Assembly: GCF_009914755.1 (NCBI RefSeq)
Contig: NC_060944.1
Source: the human T2T-CHM13v2.0 reference genome, Homo sapiens
Length of the DNA: 64,000 nucleotides
Reading direction: 5' to 3' (one strand)
The position numbers and the translations under genes were made by a program. Position 1 is the first letter of the stretch. Every line of letters begins with the position of its first letter. Below the pieces are notes generated by a model. That model saw only the letters and a list, made by a program, of their open reading frames with translations. It ran no database searches and had not been told where the DNA came from. Of this stretch, positions 14,949-26,114 are shown one piece after another.

Positions 14949-15767
14949 CATTCAATGTCTTCAGGACTGTGGTCCCTCAGGACTCTTGCACCATGTTCTA
15001 GCAGCACTCCTGGTGTCTGGGGGTCTTGTGAGGTTGTACAGGATCCAGTAGAGGCCACTGGCTGTGCTGTCATATTCTAAAGGTGGCCAGGCAGGTTTGT
15101 GTCTCTTGGCTGCTTCAGTACCAGAGGATGGAGAGTGCCAACGCAGTGAGGCCCTCGGTAGAATGGGAGGAGGGAAGGAAAGGGCAGAATGGAGTGATGT
15201 AGGGTCCATCCACCATGTCCCTGGATGGAGAGACCCCTGTTCTCATAGTAGCCCCACACCAGGACCACCACTGGCATTCATGAACAGGCCAGCCTCCATT
15301 TACACGTCCTCATCTGACAACTCCTTCCCATTTTCATCCTGGAGACAAGACCTCTGAACACACTAGCTCTGAGGGCACCTGATTGTAACCTGAGACAGTC
15401 TCTGGAGACTGTTCATCCAAGCAGGATCCCTCCCTTGCCATCTCCAGACCTCCCCCACAAGCTCCCTCCCTGGTCTGCTCTTGTTCACTCATTCCAGTCA
15501 GCCTTCTACAGTCATCTCTAACACGTATCTGACTGGCCCCTCCTTTATCCAGCACCTTCCATGGCTCCCCAAAGCACTCCAGATCAAGTTCAAGTTCTTT
15601 GATCGGACAGTTGATCTCAAGCTGCATTCTACCTCCTGAATTAAGATCCCGGAGAAGCCCACTTGCTCAGGATGATGGTGTCTGAAGTTGTGCACCAAGT
15701 CACAGGCCTTGTAGAAGCATCACCCCTCAGGAATGGGTACACTGGCGGCAATATAGTCACTGGATTC
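14949..15767 (-). pseudogene. CYP4F29P: CYP4F fragment pseudogene: three exons with introns (CYP4F29P/CYP4F35P-type). Symbol is a best guess among paralogs
   Basis: Exon 15767-15663 (SDYIAA..CFYKACDLVHNF..LSK, two internal deletions). Exon 15338-15272 (DENGKELSDEDV*MEA.LFM, 67 bp). Exon 15076-14949 (YDSTASGLYWILYNL...EDIEW, I-helix). All are AG/GT-bounded and carry stops or frameshifts. Confidence 0.9.
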
Positions 15768-15919
15768 CTGCAGGGTGAGGCTGGGGAGAGGAAGTAGCTC
15801 CATAACACATATGAAACCCTGGAAACCCTTCCCAGCAAAAATCTCAGGACCACGTTACATGCAGAAATGGGTGCCCTCTGAGCACACTTCTCTCTGCCTC
15901 CCACTCTGAGCTCCCTCCA

Positions 15920-18490
15920 GGCCCCACATGCCCCATCCTGGACCAGGGCTTGGAGCCCAGCAGGTGTTCAGTCCATGGTATTGACTGCTTCCTGGGCCAG
16001 GAGAGCCCTTGGTGGCTCTGTGACTCCTCCTGTGGAACCCCTGACTCTGCCTTGGGACCTCCCAATTCCCGTGGGAAGCCCCCATGGCTATGGATTGCCA
16101 CACCTGCCCTGGGATCCTCCAACCCCATAAGACTTACTTAATGCCTTAGCCCTCCTAGAATATGACGTGTTTCTCAGAAGGTGACTTATCTCCAGGGCCA
16201 TCTCTGGATGTTTGCTGGGGACCTCTTACTGTTCTCCTTTCTGATCTGCAGGGCAGGGCCCAGAGGAGAAAGCAGCCCAACCGCAGAATGAACAAAGGGC
16301 TCACTGCCACAAACAACAAGCACCAGTCAGCAGTGCTTCTGGAAGGAAAGGAGGTTTCATTCTGCAGAAAGCTCCTTGTTTGGCTTCTTTCTGAAGCCAG
16401 GAAGGGGTACTAAGCCCAGCTTACCTGTGGTGCCTACGTTACCATCTGTGCCTAGGATGTGCAATGGGCCCCTGCTCCCACTGCAGGGTTGACGTTCCCT
16501 CCAGCTGGAGACCTGGTCTCCTGACATCGCCTGGCCTGTTTGTCCTGCTCTGGATGAGCGTGGAAAGTCTGTACCTGGTATTTTCCTAGGTCCTTGGTTT
16601 ACACCTTCTAGATATCCAGCAGGATTGACCTTGCCCAGCCCCATACCTGAAAGGGGTCTCCCTTGAGGAGCAGCCGAGGACCGGGACTCCCCTCCCACGA
16701 TTCAAAGAGTGGATGAGTGCTCAGCGTCGGGAAATCTGATCTAGACCTATTTTTTCATTTAGGTCACCAAGAGACAACCCCTAACCCCTGAGCTAGGGAT
16801 GGTGCCAGCTCTGGCATGAGATTCTCTTCCAGCAATGTGATGCTTGCAGGGACAGGCCGAAACCTGGTGACCAGGTCTGCTGTCCTCTGGGTAAGGACAG
16901 TGTGCTACTCAACCTCAGAGAGACAGGTGGTGCCAGGACACAGCACTGGGTGCCTGTACCCCTGGCTCTGCAGATATCAGTCATGGAGTTCCTGCCCTCT
17001 CCACATTACCTTCTTGCTGCTCCTAGATTTCTTCTAGTCATTAAGCACTTCCAGTCATTTTTCTGTGCATCCAATCTGACATTTTTGTTGTCAGATGAAA
17101 CACAATAAAGTAAGCTGAGCCACCAGGATTCCTGGAGGGGACCTTGGATGCTGGGTCTTGGGCTCCAGGGCCCTGATGGGACTGAATCAGAAGTAGCCAG
17201 GGAAGGATAAACACTGGGGCTGAGCCCCTATGACACAATGGCCATTGTTGGCCTGGCCTTATGGCCCCAAGACACACTGTCCTCAGGCCACAGGCACCAT
17301 GGGTTTTGGTCAGGTCCCAGCCTCCCAATAGTGTCCTGGCACTAGCAGGTGCTGACCCCTGAGCCACAACCACAGTTCTGGGTTTGGGATTTAGTAAAAC
17401 CACCTCAGGGGCAGAGTTCTGGGGCTGGGTTTGGCAGGAACTATGGTGACTCCCAGGGATGGTGTGTCACTTCTACTTGCCACCAAATGTGCACATAGGC
17501 TGTCCCCCAAGACCAGCCCATCCTACTGGACAGAATGGAGGAAGTCAGGGAACAGGCAGAGTGGACAGCTGGGGTGCAGGCAGAGGCAGGTGCATGCTGG
17601 GAGGTCAGGCCCTGTGAGGGCTGCGGGGATGTCAGGTGGAGTGGATTCCAGGTGCACCCTCAGTGCACTCAGCAGGTCTCAGTCCAGGCCCTCTGGGCCA
17701 TGGCTGGGTGATGTGGTCACTCCCTGGGGTACTACTGTCAGACCCTGGCCACCCACCCTGGGAAGCACCGTCCCATCCCAGGACTGGACTTTCTGAGTCC
17801 TGAGACAGGACAGTGCTGTCCAGGCCTGACAGACTGGGAGAACCTGCCAAGTCCTCCATCCCTAGAACAGCCTCCCACACAGCAAGGACAATCTCTTACC
17901 TTCACCTTCAGGGCACTAACTGATCCTTCTCACTCTGAGGCAACAAAGGCAGAGCTGAGGACCTGCACCAGGCTGGGAGCCAGTCCCCTCCCTAAGTGGG
18001 CCTGAGGGAAGCACCATCCCTGTCCCAATCCGCCACTAGTTTCCACCCAGGAGACACATAGGGAAGGGAGGAGGGGGCCTACCAGCTGGCTGATACTGGA
18101 AAAGTGGGACCTGGGAGAAGAGGGAGTGCAGGGCTGGCAGGGGATGCTCCAGGCCCATGGAGAGCTCGGGCTGCACCATGGTGCTGCCCCTCCTGGGCTG
18201 GAGGCTGTGCCCTCTGCAGGAACTGAGAAAGTCCAATCCTGAGATGGGACAACACTGCCCAGGGTGGTTGGCCAGGGCCTGACAGTAGTCCCCCAGGGAG
18301 TGACCACATCACCTGGCTGGGGTCCAGGGAGCCTGGGGTGAGACCTACCCAGTGCACTGAGAGTGCACCTGGAGCCCACCTCACCTGATGCCCCCACAGC
18401 CCTAACAGGGTCTGACCTCCCAGCATGCACCTGCCTCTCCCTGAACCCCAACTGCCCACCCTGCCTGTTACCTGGCCTCCTCCATCCTGT
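15920..18490 (-). pseudogene. TBC1D3/USP6/TBC1D26-family gene remnant (four exons with introns)
   Basis: Exons 17932-17900 (..SALKVK|gtaag), 17087-17010 (CTEK*LEVLND*KKSRSSKK|gtaat), 16666-16575 (KGDPFQVWGWARSILLDI*KV*TKDLGKYQ|gtac) and 16245-16138 (IRKENSKRSPANIQR...|gtaagt). They parallel recalled TBC1D26/TBC1D3 peptides ([62 protein letters not shown]). Introns are also collinear with recalled TBC1D3 introns. Confidence 0.8.
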
Positions 18491-18491
18491 G
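17529..18491. repeat. ~275-bp inverted repeat (17529-17803 vs 18217-18491)
   Basis: Arms are reverse complements. ORFs 17431+ and 17930- give the same peptide (GNRQ.GQLG.R.RQVHAGRS.PVRA...QDWTF). Confidence 0.9.
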
Positions 18492-18699
18492 CAGCCCATA
18501 GACTGTGACCATCTCTCCAGCCACTCTGGCCCTTCCTTTACCGTTGTCCTCTCAGAATCTCTGAGCAGGATCTCCCAGGTCCATCCAAACACATGCTTTG
18601 TCCACTTTTGACTGGGCCCTTGGGTACCACTGGGCTACCCCAGCTGTCCACAGGGCCTTCAATAATGCACATTGCACCTGGCTTATCCAAGCAGTGCTC

Positions 18700-19612
18700 A
18701 GTAGCCCACATTGACCAGGTCCCTGCTGACCAGACCCTGCAAATCAGGTCCTCCCTGACAACACCCTCACTGATTAGACCCTCATGACCAGACCCCACTA
18801 ACAAGGCCCCCACTGCCAGGCACACAATGACAAGGACTCCACTGACCAGGACCTTACTGACAAGGCCTCACTGACAAGGCCTCAAGGACCAAGTCCTTAC
18901 TGACAAGTCCTCACTGACTAGGTCATTATTGACAAGGCCTCACTGATCAGGTTCCACTGATCATGACCTCATTCCCTGGCCCCAAAGATGAGGCCCCACT
19001 GACCAGGCCTCCAGGGAACAGGTTGCCACTGATCAGGCCGCTACTAACCAGGCCTAAGGTCACCAGATGCCCCTGACTGGGACCCTAGTGAGTAGACCCC
19101 ACTGAACAGGCATGTAATGCTCAGATCCCTGCTGACCAGGTCACCCTGTAGACCAGTGCTACAAAAGTCACCACTGACAAAGTCCTCTCTGACCAGGACC
19201 CTACTGATTAGGTCCTACTGACAAGGCTGCCCTGACCAGGGACCCACCGACAAGGGCCTCACTGATGAGGACACGCCCACCAGGCTCTGCTGACTGGGTC
19301 CCATGTGCCCAGTCCTCCACTGAATAGCACCCCTTGACCTGGTCACCAGTGCCCCAGCCCATGCTGACCAGGCCAGCACTAAGTCCCAGATGACCAGGTC
19401 TCCACTGATCAAGCCCCACAGCCCAGGTTTGCACTGACCAGACACCAAACATCTGGCAGCCAATAGGTCCCCACTCACCAAAACCCCTAAAACTTGATCC
19501 CACTAATAAGACCCTCTCTAAGCAGACCCCTGCTGACCACGATCCCACTAAATAGGCCTCACTGACCTACCACTGACCAGGCCCACAATGATCAGGCTCC
19601 TCCTAACCACAC
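18700..19612. repeat. Degenerate ~18-20-bp CCCCACTGACCAGG tandem repeat, block 1
   Basis: Dozens of ccactgacca/cactgatcagg/cactgacaagg units. Confidence 0.9.
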
Positions 19613-19619
19613 CGGAAAT

Positions 19620-20753
19620 CCAAGCGGCAATGATATGTTTCATATGGCAGAAGTTGGAGCAAGACAGAGAGAGGAAAGAGGTTCCACAGCCTTTTAAACT
19701 ACTAGATCTCATGAGAACTCACTCACTATCAGGAGGATGGCATTAAGGTCTTGGTGCTTTACCATTTGTGAAGGATCTACTCCCACCCCTTTATGATTAA
19801 AGCTTTCTCCACCTAGGCCCCGACTCTAACATTAGGGAGTGTATTTTCACATGAGTTTTGGAAGGGGCATAGAGAAAAACCGTATTATTCTGTCCCTGAC
19901 ACCACAAATCTCATGTCCTTCTCACATTGCAAAATACAGTCATGCCTTGCCAGCAGTCTCCCAAAGTCTTAACTCGTTTCAGCATTAACTCAAAGTTACA
20001 AAGTACAAAGTCTCATCTGGGTCAAGGCTACATTCTCTTTTTCCTACGAGTCTCTGAAATAAAAAGCAAGTTCACTGCGTCTAAAGTAAAATGATGGTAC
20101 AGGCATTGTGTAAGCTTTCCATATCCAAAAGGAAGACATTTTCCAGAAATCTTCTTATTTTTATCTAGGCCCCCTCAGCCTGGCCTTCACTGTCCATGTT
20201 TCTGTCAGCATTCTTGTCACAACCATTTAACCAGTCTCTAAGATGGCCCAAAAATGTTCTCATCTGTCTGTCTTCTTTTGAGCCTTCCAAACTCTTCCAA
20301 CCGCTAACCATTACCCAGTTCCGAAGCCGCTTCCACATTTTTAGGTATCTTTATAGCAAAGCTCCAGTCCTCATTTGTCATTTTTGGTATGATTTATTTT
20401 GAAAAAGAGGTTTAATTGGCTCATGGTTCTGCAGGGTGGACAGGAAGCACAGTGCTTCTGCTTCTGGGGGGTCTCAGAAATCTTTCAATCATTGCACAAT
20501 GCAATGAAAGAGCAAATTGTCTCACAATGCAAGAGGAAATCATGGAGAGTAGGGAGTGATATAGAGTTTTTAGTGGCCAGATCTCACGAGGTCACTCATG
20601 ATTGTGATGAGGACAGTACCAAGGGGATGGTGCTGAACCATTCATGAGAAGTTTGCCTTCATGATTCAATCACCTTATACCAGGATCCACCTCCAACATT
20701 AGGAAATATAACACAACATGAGATGTGGTGGGGACACATATTCAAATTGCATC
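19620..20753 (-). mobile_element. MSTA/MSTB-type MaLR element: LTR - deleted internal region - LTR
   Basis: gatctcatgagaactcact, caaatctcatgtccttctcacattgcaaaatac and aaagaggtttaattggctcatggttctgcagg motifs. Confidence 0.85.
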
Positions 20754-20754
20754 A

Positions 20755-21906
20755 TCAGTCTTTGAGTATAAAGACATCCACAGCAGGCTTTATCCAGCCA
20801 GCTTCTTTGAGACTTTTTATAGGACTTGAGGTCTATAGCATATCCACTAAAATATTCCTACTTCAAAAGGCAATAAAGTAAGTGGTATTATCATTCTTCA
20901 AAAAGTTACCATGGTAGTGTAGGCATTCATAGTATGACTTAGTTCATTTGCTGCTGTTTCTATTCTATCACCATATTAACACTATCCTACACAATTCTAT
21001 ATTCAGCTGGGTTTCACTTGAGCACAAAATCATCCTTGTACTACCACCGATAGCTGGCACTAGCTCTTTGATACTGTTATCATTCTGCTGTAGAAAGTAC
21101 CTGTGAACTGGAAAAAGTTCACAATCGAATAACTAGTTATTCAACACTATCAAATTTTAGGTGACTTTTTGAAAAAATAGTATCTCTTGTTGCAAGAAAT
21201 GCTCCATCTGTGATTTCAAGTCTCTCACTTGAGTGAATTGGATGGAAGTGGTGAATTTCAGCCAAAGTGGCCAAAGAAATCCTGTTCCTGTGATAATGAC
21301 ACCATCAGCCTCTGTACCTCTGTCTTCCCTTCTGCCACATGTTGCCTGTTGTCCGTGACTTTGGTAAGAGCTTCCTTGTGTACGAGGATGATGTCCAGGA
21401 TGTTGGTCTGGTGTCCCTGAGACAGCACTAACAGGTCCATGCCTGGGTCCAGGTCCTTCCTGGACTGATTGGCAAAGAGCTCACTGATGTTCTTGAAGGC
21501 ATCTCTGCTTAAGTGGATGGCCTAGTCAAGCTCCAAGGCCTGGCTGAGGCTGAAGAAAAACTGGCCGCCTTCTGAAGCTCTTTCTAAAAGCCTGTCACTG
21601 TCATCTGCTTGCATGTCAACTCATTGGCTGTGAGGTTGAGCTGAGTGGCCTGTGTCCATCTTCTTGGGGAAGCATTTAAAGCCATCAATCTTGCTCTCCC
21701 ACCCCTAAAGGTTGATGGTCCCCACCTGGGGGTGTGCTGAGGGTCAGAAAGAAGCCAGCACTCACCATCTCATCCTTCTCAGCCTTCCTCTTGCACTCTC
21801 TCCAGGCTGTCTCTTCAGTGCTGGTGGGATACATCAGAAAGTGATGGAAGATGTGGCACTGTGCCCACACCCAGAAGCTGGCCATGTGGTTGGCTCATCC
21901 ACCAGA
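20755..21906 (-). pseudogene. SNX18P: SNX18 processed pseudogene, copy A (end of PX, BAR domain, part of 3'UTR)
   Basis: [36 protein letters not shown]; MDLLVLSQGHQTNILDIILVHKEALTKV..; LAEIHHFH..FFQKVT match SNX18. No intron at the VQKG|ALTK junction. Many indels and stops. Confidence 0.9.
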
Positions 21907-24494
21907 ATGGACGCTCTGGTTGCTCTTTGAGCCAGCTTGGCCTTGACTGGCATGCACAGGCCCCAGGTATAGATACGTTGCTCTGAGTGAACTTCTCCTG
22001 CCTTGGGCCAAATTCTGTCAGGCCAGTCCCACGGGTGGTAATCCTGGCTGTTTTCTGCACTTCAACATAAAGACCTCCTGAAGATGGCCTGTGGTCTGCC
22101 TCTTTGCAACCAAGAAGCCCGCAGTGCCATATGAGCCCTGAGGCATGGACTGGAGCCCCTGAGGCAGCACACACCCTGCTCCTGAGCCTGCTGCTCAATT
22201 TCTCTGTGTGGCTCCATTTGTGTCACAGTTGTTGCACTGACTTGTGCATGCCGGGGAAGGCCAAGCTGGCTCAAAAAGCAACCGACCACCTCTGCAAGGG
22301 TGTGCCTGGAGCTGGTGGACCAGCCACCAACCTGACTTGCTGCCGGTCGGGGTACATCAGTTCTTCTACCCTACAGGTAGGGCCACAGTGTTATCTGCTT
22401 TTCCTCAGGCCTCTGCTCCATCAGCCATCAGGAGGCAGCCCCTCAGGCTATAGGAATCTGGCCATCCCTGCTTCCTTGAGTGGGTGAGGTTGGTGGCTGC
22501 TCCACCTGCTCCAGGCACACCCTTGCAGAGGTGGCTGATTCCTCTTTGAGCCAGCTTGGCCTTGCCTGGCATGCACAGGCCCCAGCTACCTATATGCTGT
22601 TCCAAGTCAGCTTGTACTGTGTTGGGCCAAATTCTACCTCTGGCCAGGGCCACAGAAGGCCGAGTCCCCTGGGTGCTAATCCTGGCTGCTTTCTGCACTT
22701 GAACATAAAGTCTTCCTCAAGACCGCCTGTGGTCTGCCTCTTGGCGACCAAGAAGCCTACAGTGCCATACAAGCCCTGAGGCATGAACTGGAGCCACAAA
22801 GGCAGTGCACGCCCCATTCCTGAGCCTGCTGATCATTTCCTCTTTATGGCTCCATTTGTAGTACACTTGTTGCAGTGAGGCTTGTGCATGGCAGGCAAGG
22901 CCAAGCTGGCTCAAAGAGCAACCAGCCACCTCTGCAAGAATGTGCCAGGAGCAGATGGACCAGATGCCAACCTCACTCACTGTCAGGAGTGGTACATCAG
23001 TTCTTCTACCCTAAAGGTGGGGCCGAGAGGCAGACCACAGGCCGTCTTGAGGAGGACTTTATGTTCAAGTGCAGAAAGTAGGCAGGATTACCACCCAGGG
23101 GACTCAGCCTTCTGTGGCCCGCAGTGCCATATGAACCCCGAGGCATGGACCGGTGCCATCTGCTTTATACAAAAATTAACTTAAGATAGATTAAAGAGTT
23201 AAACATGCCACCTGCTTTTCCTCAGGCCTCTGCTCCATCAGCCATCAGGAGGCAGCCACTCAGGCTGTGGAAACCTGGCCATCCTGGCTTCCTTCAGTGG
23301 GTGAGGTTGGTGGCTTGTCCACCTGATCCAGGCACACCCTTGCAGAGGTGGCTGATTCCTCTTTAAGCCAGCTTGGCCTTGCCTCTCATGCACAGGCCCC
23401 ACCTACTGACACACTGCTCTGAGTGAGCTTGTCCTGCCTTGGGCCAAATTCTCTCAGGCCAGGGCCACAGAAGGCCGAGTCCCCTGGGTGCTAATCCTGG
23501 CTGCTTTCTGCACTTGAACATAAAGTCTTCCTCAAGACGGCCTGTGGTCTGCCTCTTGGCAACCAAGAAGCCTGCAGTGCCATAGGAGCCCTGAGGCATG
23601 GACTGGAACCCCAAAGGCAGTGCACACCCTGCTCCTGACCCTCCTGCTCCTTTCCTATATATGGCTCCATTTGTAGAACGGTTGTTTCACCGAGGCTTGT
23701 GCATTCCAGGCAAGGCCAAGCTGGCTCAAAGAGCAACCAGCCACCCCTGCAGGGGTGTGCCAGGAGCAGGTGGGCCAGTCACCAACCTCACATGCTGCCA
23801 GTCAGGGTACATCAGTTCTTCTGCCCTAGAGTTAGGGCCACAGTGCCATCTGCTTTTCCTCAGGACTCTGCTCCATCAGTCATAAGGTGGCAGCCACTCA
23901 TGCTGTTGGAACCTGGCCATCTGGGCTTCCTTGAGTGGGTGAGGTTGGTGGCTCCTCCACCTTCTCCAGGCACACCCTTGCAGAGGTGGCTGGTTGCTCT
24001 TTGAGCCAGCTTGGCCTTGACTGGCATGCACAGGCCCCAGGTACTGACACGTTGCTCTGAGTGAGCTTGTCCTGCCTTGGACCAAACTCTGTCAGGCCAG
24101 GGTCACAAAAGGCCGAGTCCCACGGGTGGTAATCCTGGCTGCTTTCTGCACATAAAGACCTCCTGAAGATGGCCTGTGGTCTGCCTCTTTGCAACCAAGA
24201 AGCCCGCAGTGCCATATGAGCCCTGAGGTATGGACTGGAGCCCCCAAGGCAGCGCACACCCTGCTCCTGAGCCTGCTGCTCATTTTCTCTGTGTGGCTCC
24301 ATTTGTGTCACAGTTGTTGCACTGACTTGTGCATGCCGGGCAAAGCCAAGCTGGCTCAAAAAGCAACCAGCTGCGTTTGCAAGGGAGTGCCTGGAGTGAC
24401 TGGACTAGCCATCAACTTCGCCCACTCAAGGAAGCAGGGAAAACGTGTTTGTACCATGCATTTCACTACAGGTGCATTTCCCCTGAGGTTGGTG
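21907..24494. repeat. Irregular tandem array of ~0.65-0.8-kb units, each with a ~95-bp inverted repeat and a short SNX18 PX fragment
   Basis: Arm pairs 22242-22336/22484-22578, 22879-22976/23301-23398 and 23693-23790/23939-24035. KRQTTGRLEEDF (SNX18 KQATGRFEEDF) recurs, once inverted (~23025-23078). Confidence 0.85.
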
Positions 24495-26110
24495 GCCTAG
24501 GTTTCTTCTAGATTTTTTTATGGTTTTAGGTCTTACGTTTAACTCTTTCATCCATGTTACTTAATTTTTGTTTAAGGTGTATGGGTGTGGCCCAGTTTCA
24601 GTTTTCTGCATAAGGCTAGCCAGTTTTCCCAAGATCATTTATTAAATAGGGTATCCTTTACCCATTGCTTGTTTTTGTCAGGTTTGTCAAAGATCAGATG
24701 GTTTTAGATGTGTGGTGTCATTTCTGAGGCCTCTGTTCTGTTCCACTGGTCTATAGATCTGATTTAGTACCAGCCCCGTGCTGTTTTGATTACTGTAGGC
24801 TTGTAGAATAATTTGAAGTCAGGTACTGTGATGCCTCTAGCTTTGTTGTTTTTGCTTAGGATTGTCTTGGCTATGTGGGCTCTTTTTTGGTTCCATATGA
24901 AATTTAAAGTAGTTTTTCTAATTCTATGAAGAAAGTCAATGGTAGCTTGATGAGGATAGCAATGAATCTGTAAATCACTTTGGGTGGTATAGCACTCAGG
25001 CACAGGAATCTCCTTGTGTTAGGCAATATCATTCAGGACAGAGCCATGGGCAGAGACTTCATCACTAGAACACAAAAAGCAATGGCAACAAAAGCCAAAA
25101 TTGACAAATGGGATCTAACTAAACTAAACAGTATCTGCAGTGCAAAAGAAACTATTATCAGAGTGAACAGGCAACCCACAGAATGGGAGAAAATTGTTGC
25201 AATCTATCCATCTGACAAAGGGCTAATATGCAGAATCTACAAAGAACAAATTTACAAGAAAAAAAACAAACAACCCCATCAAAAAGTGGACAAAGGATAT
25301 GAATAGACACTTACCAAAGAAGACATTTATACAGCCAATGAACATGTGAAGCAAAGCACATCATCACTGGTTATTAGAGAAATGGAAATCAAAACCACAG
25401 TGAGATACAATCTCACACCACTTAGAAAGGCCATTGTTAAAAAATCAGGAAACAACAGATGCTGGACAGGGTGTGGAGAAATAGGAACACTTTTACACAG
25501 TTTGTGGGAATATAAATTAGTTCAACCATTGTGGAAGACAGTGTGACAATTCGTCAAGGATCTACAGCTAGAAATATCATTTGACCCAGCAATCCCATTA
25601 CTGGGTATATACACCCAAAATTATAAATCATTCTAATATAAAGACACATGCACCTGTCTGTTTATGGCGGCACTGTTCACAACACCAAAGACTTGGAACC
25701 AACCAAAATGCCCACCAATGATAGACTGAATAAAGAAAATGTGGCATATATACACCATGGAATACTATGCAGCCATAAACAAGGATGAATTCACGTCCTT
25801 TGCTGGGACATGAATGAAGCTGGAAAGCATCATTCTCAGCAAACTAACACAAGAACAGAAAACCAAACACCACATGTTCTCATTCATAACTGGGAGTAGA
25901 ACAATGGGAACACATGGACTCAGGAAGGGGAACATCACACACCAGGGCCTGTCAGGGTGGGGGGCTAGGAGAGGGACGGCATTAGGAGAAATAACTAATG
26001 TAGATCATGGGTTGATGGATGCAGCAAGCCACCATGGCATGTGTATACCTATGTAACAAACCTGCATGTCTGCACATGTACCCCAGAACTTAAAGTATAA
26101 TTAAAAAAAA
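24495..26110 (+). mobile_element. 5'-truncated L1PA with an inverted 5' segment (24495-24993 minus; 25020-26110 plus, A tail)
   Basis: The two pieces are contiguous in L1 ORF2 at ...agaaacctaggc / taggcaatatcattcagg. 3'UTR ends cagaacttaaagtataattaaaaaa. Confidence 0.9.
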
Positions 26111-26114
26111 AAGA

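Noticed and set aside
17431-18592. Similar 121-aa and 220-aa ORFs on opposite strands as a gene pair
   Set aside because: They are translations of the inverted intronic repeat, not coding sequence.
18700-19612. Short repeats as a CRISPR-like array
   Set aside because: Primate DNA; units are degenerate and adjacent, with no unique spacers and no cas genes.
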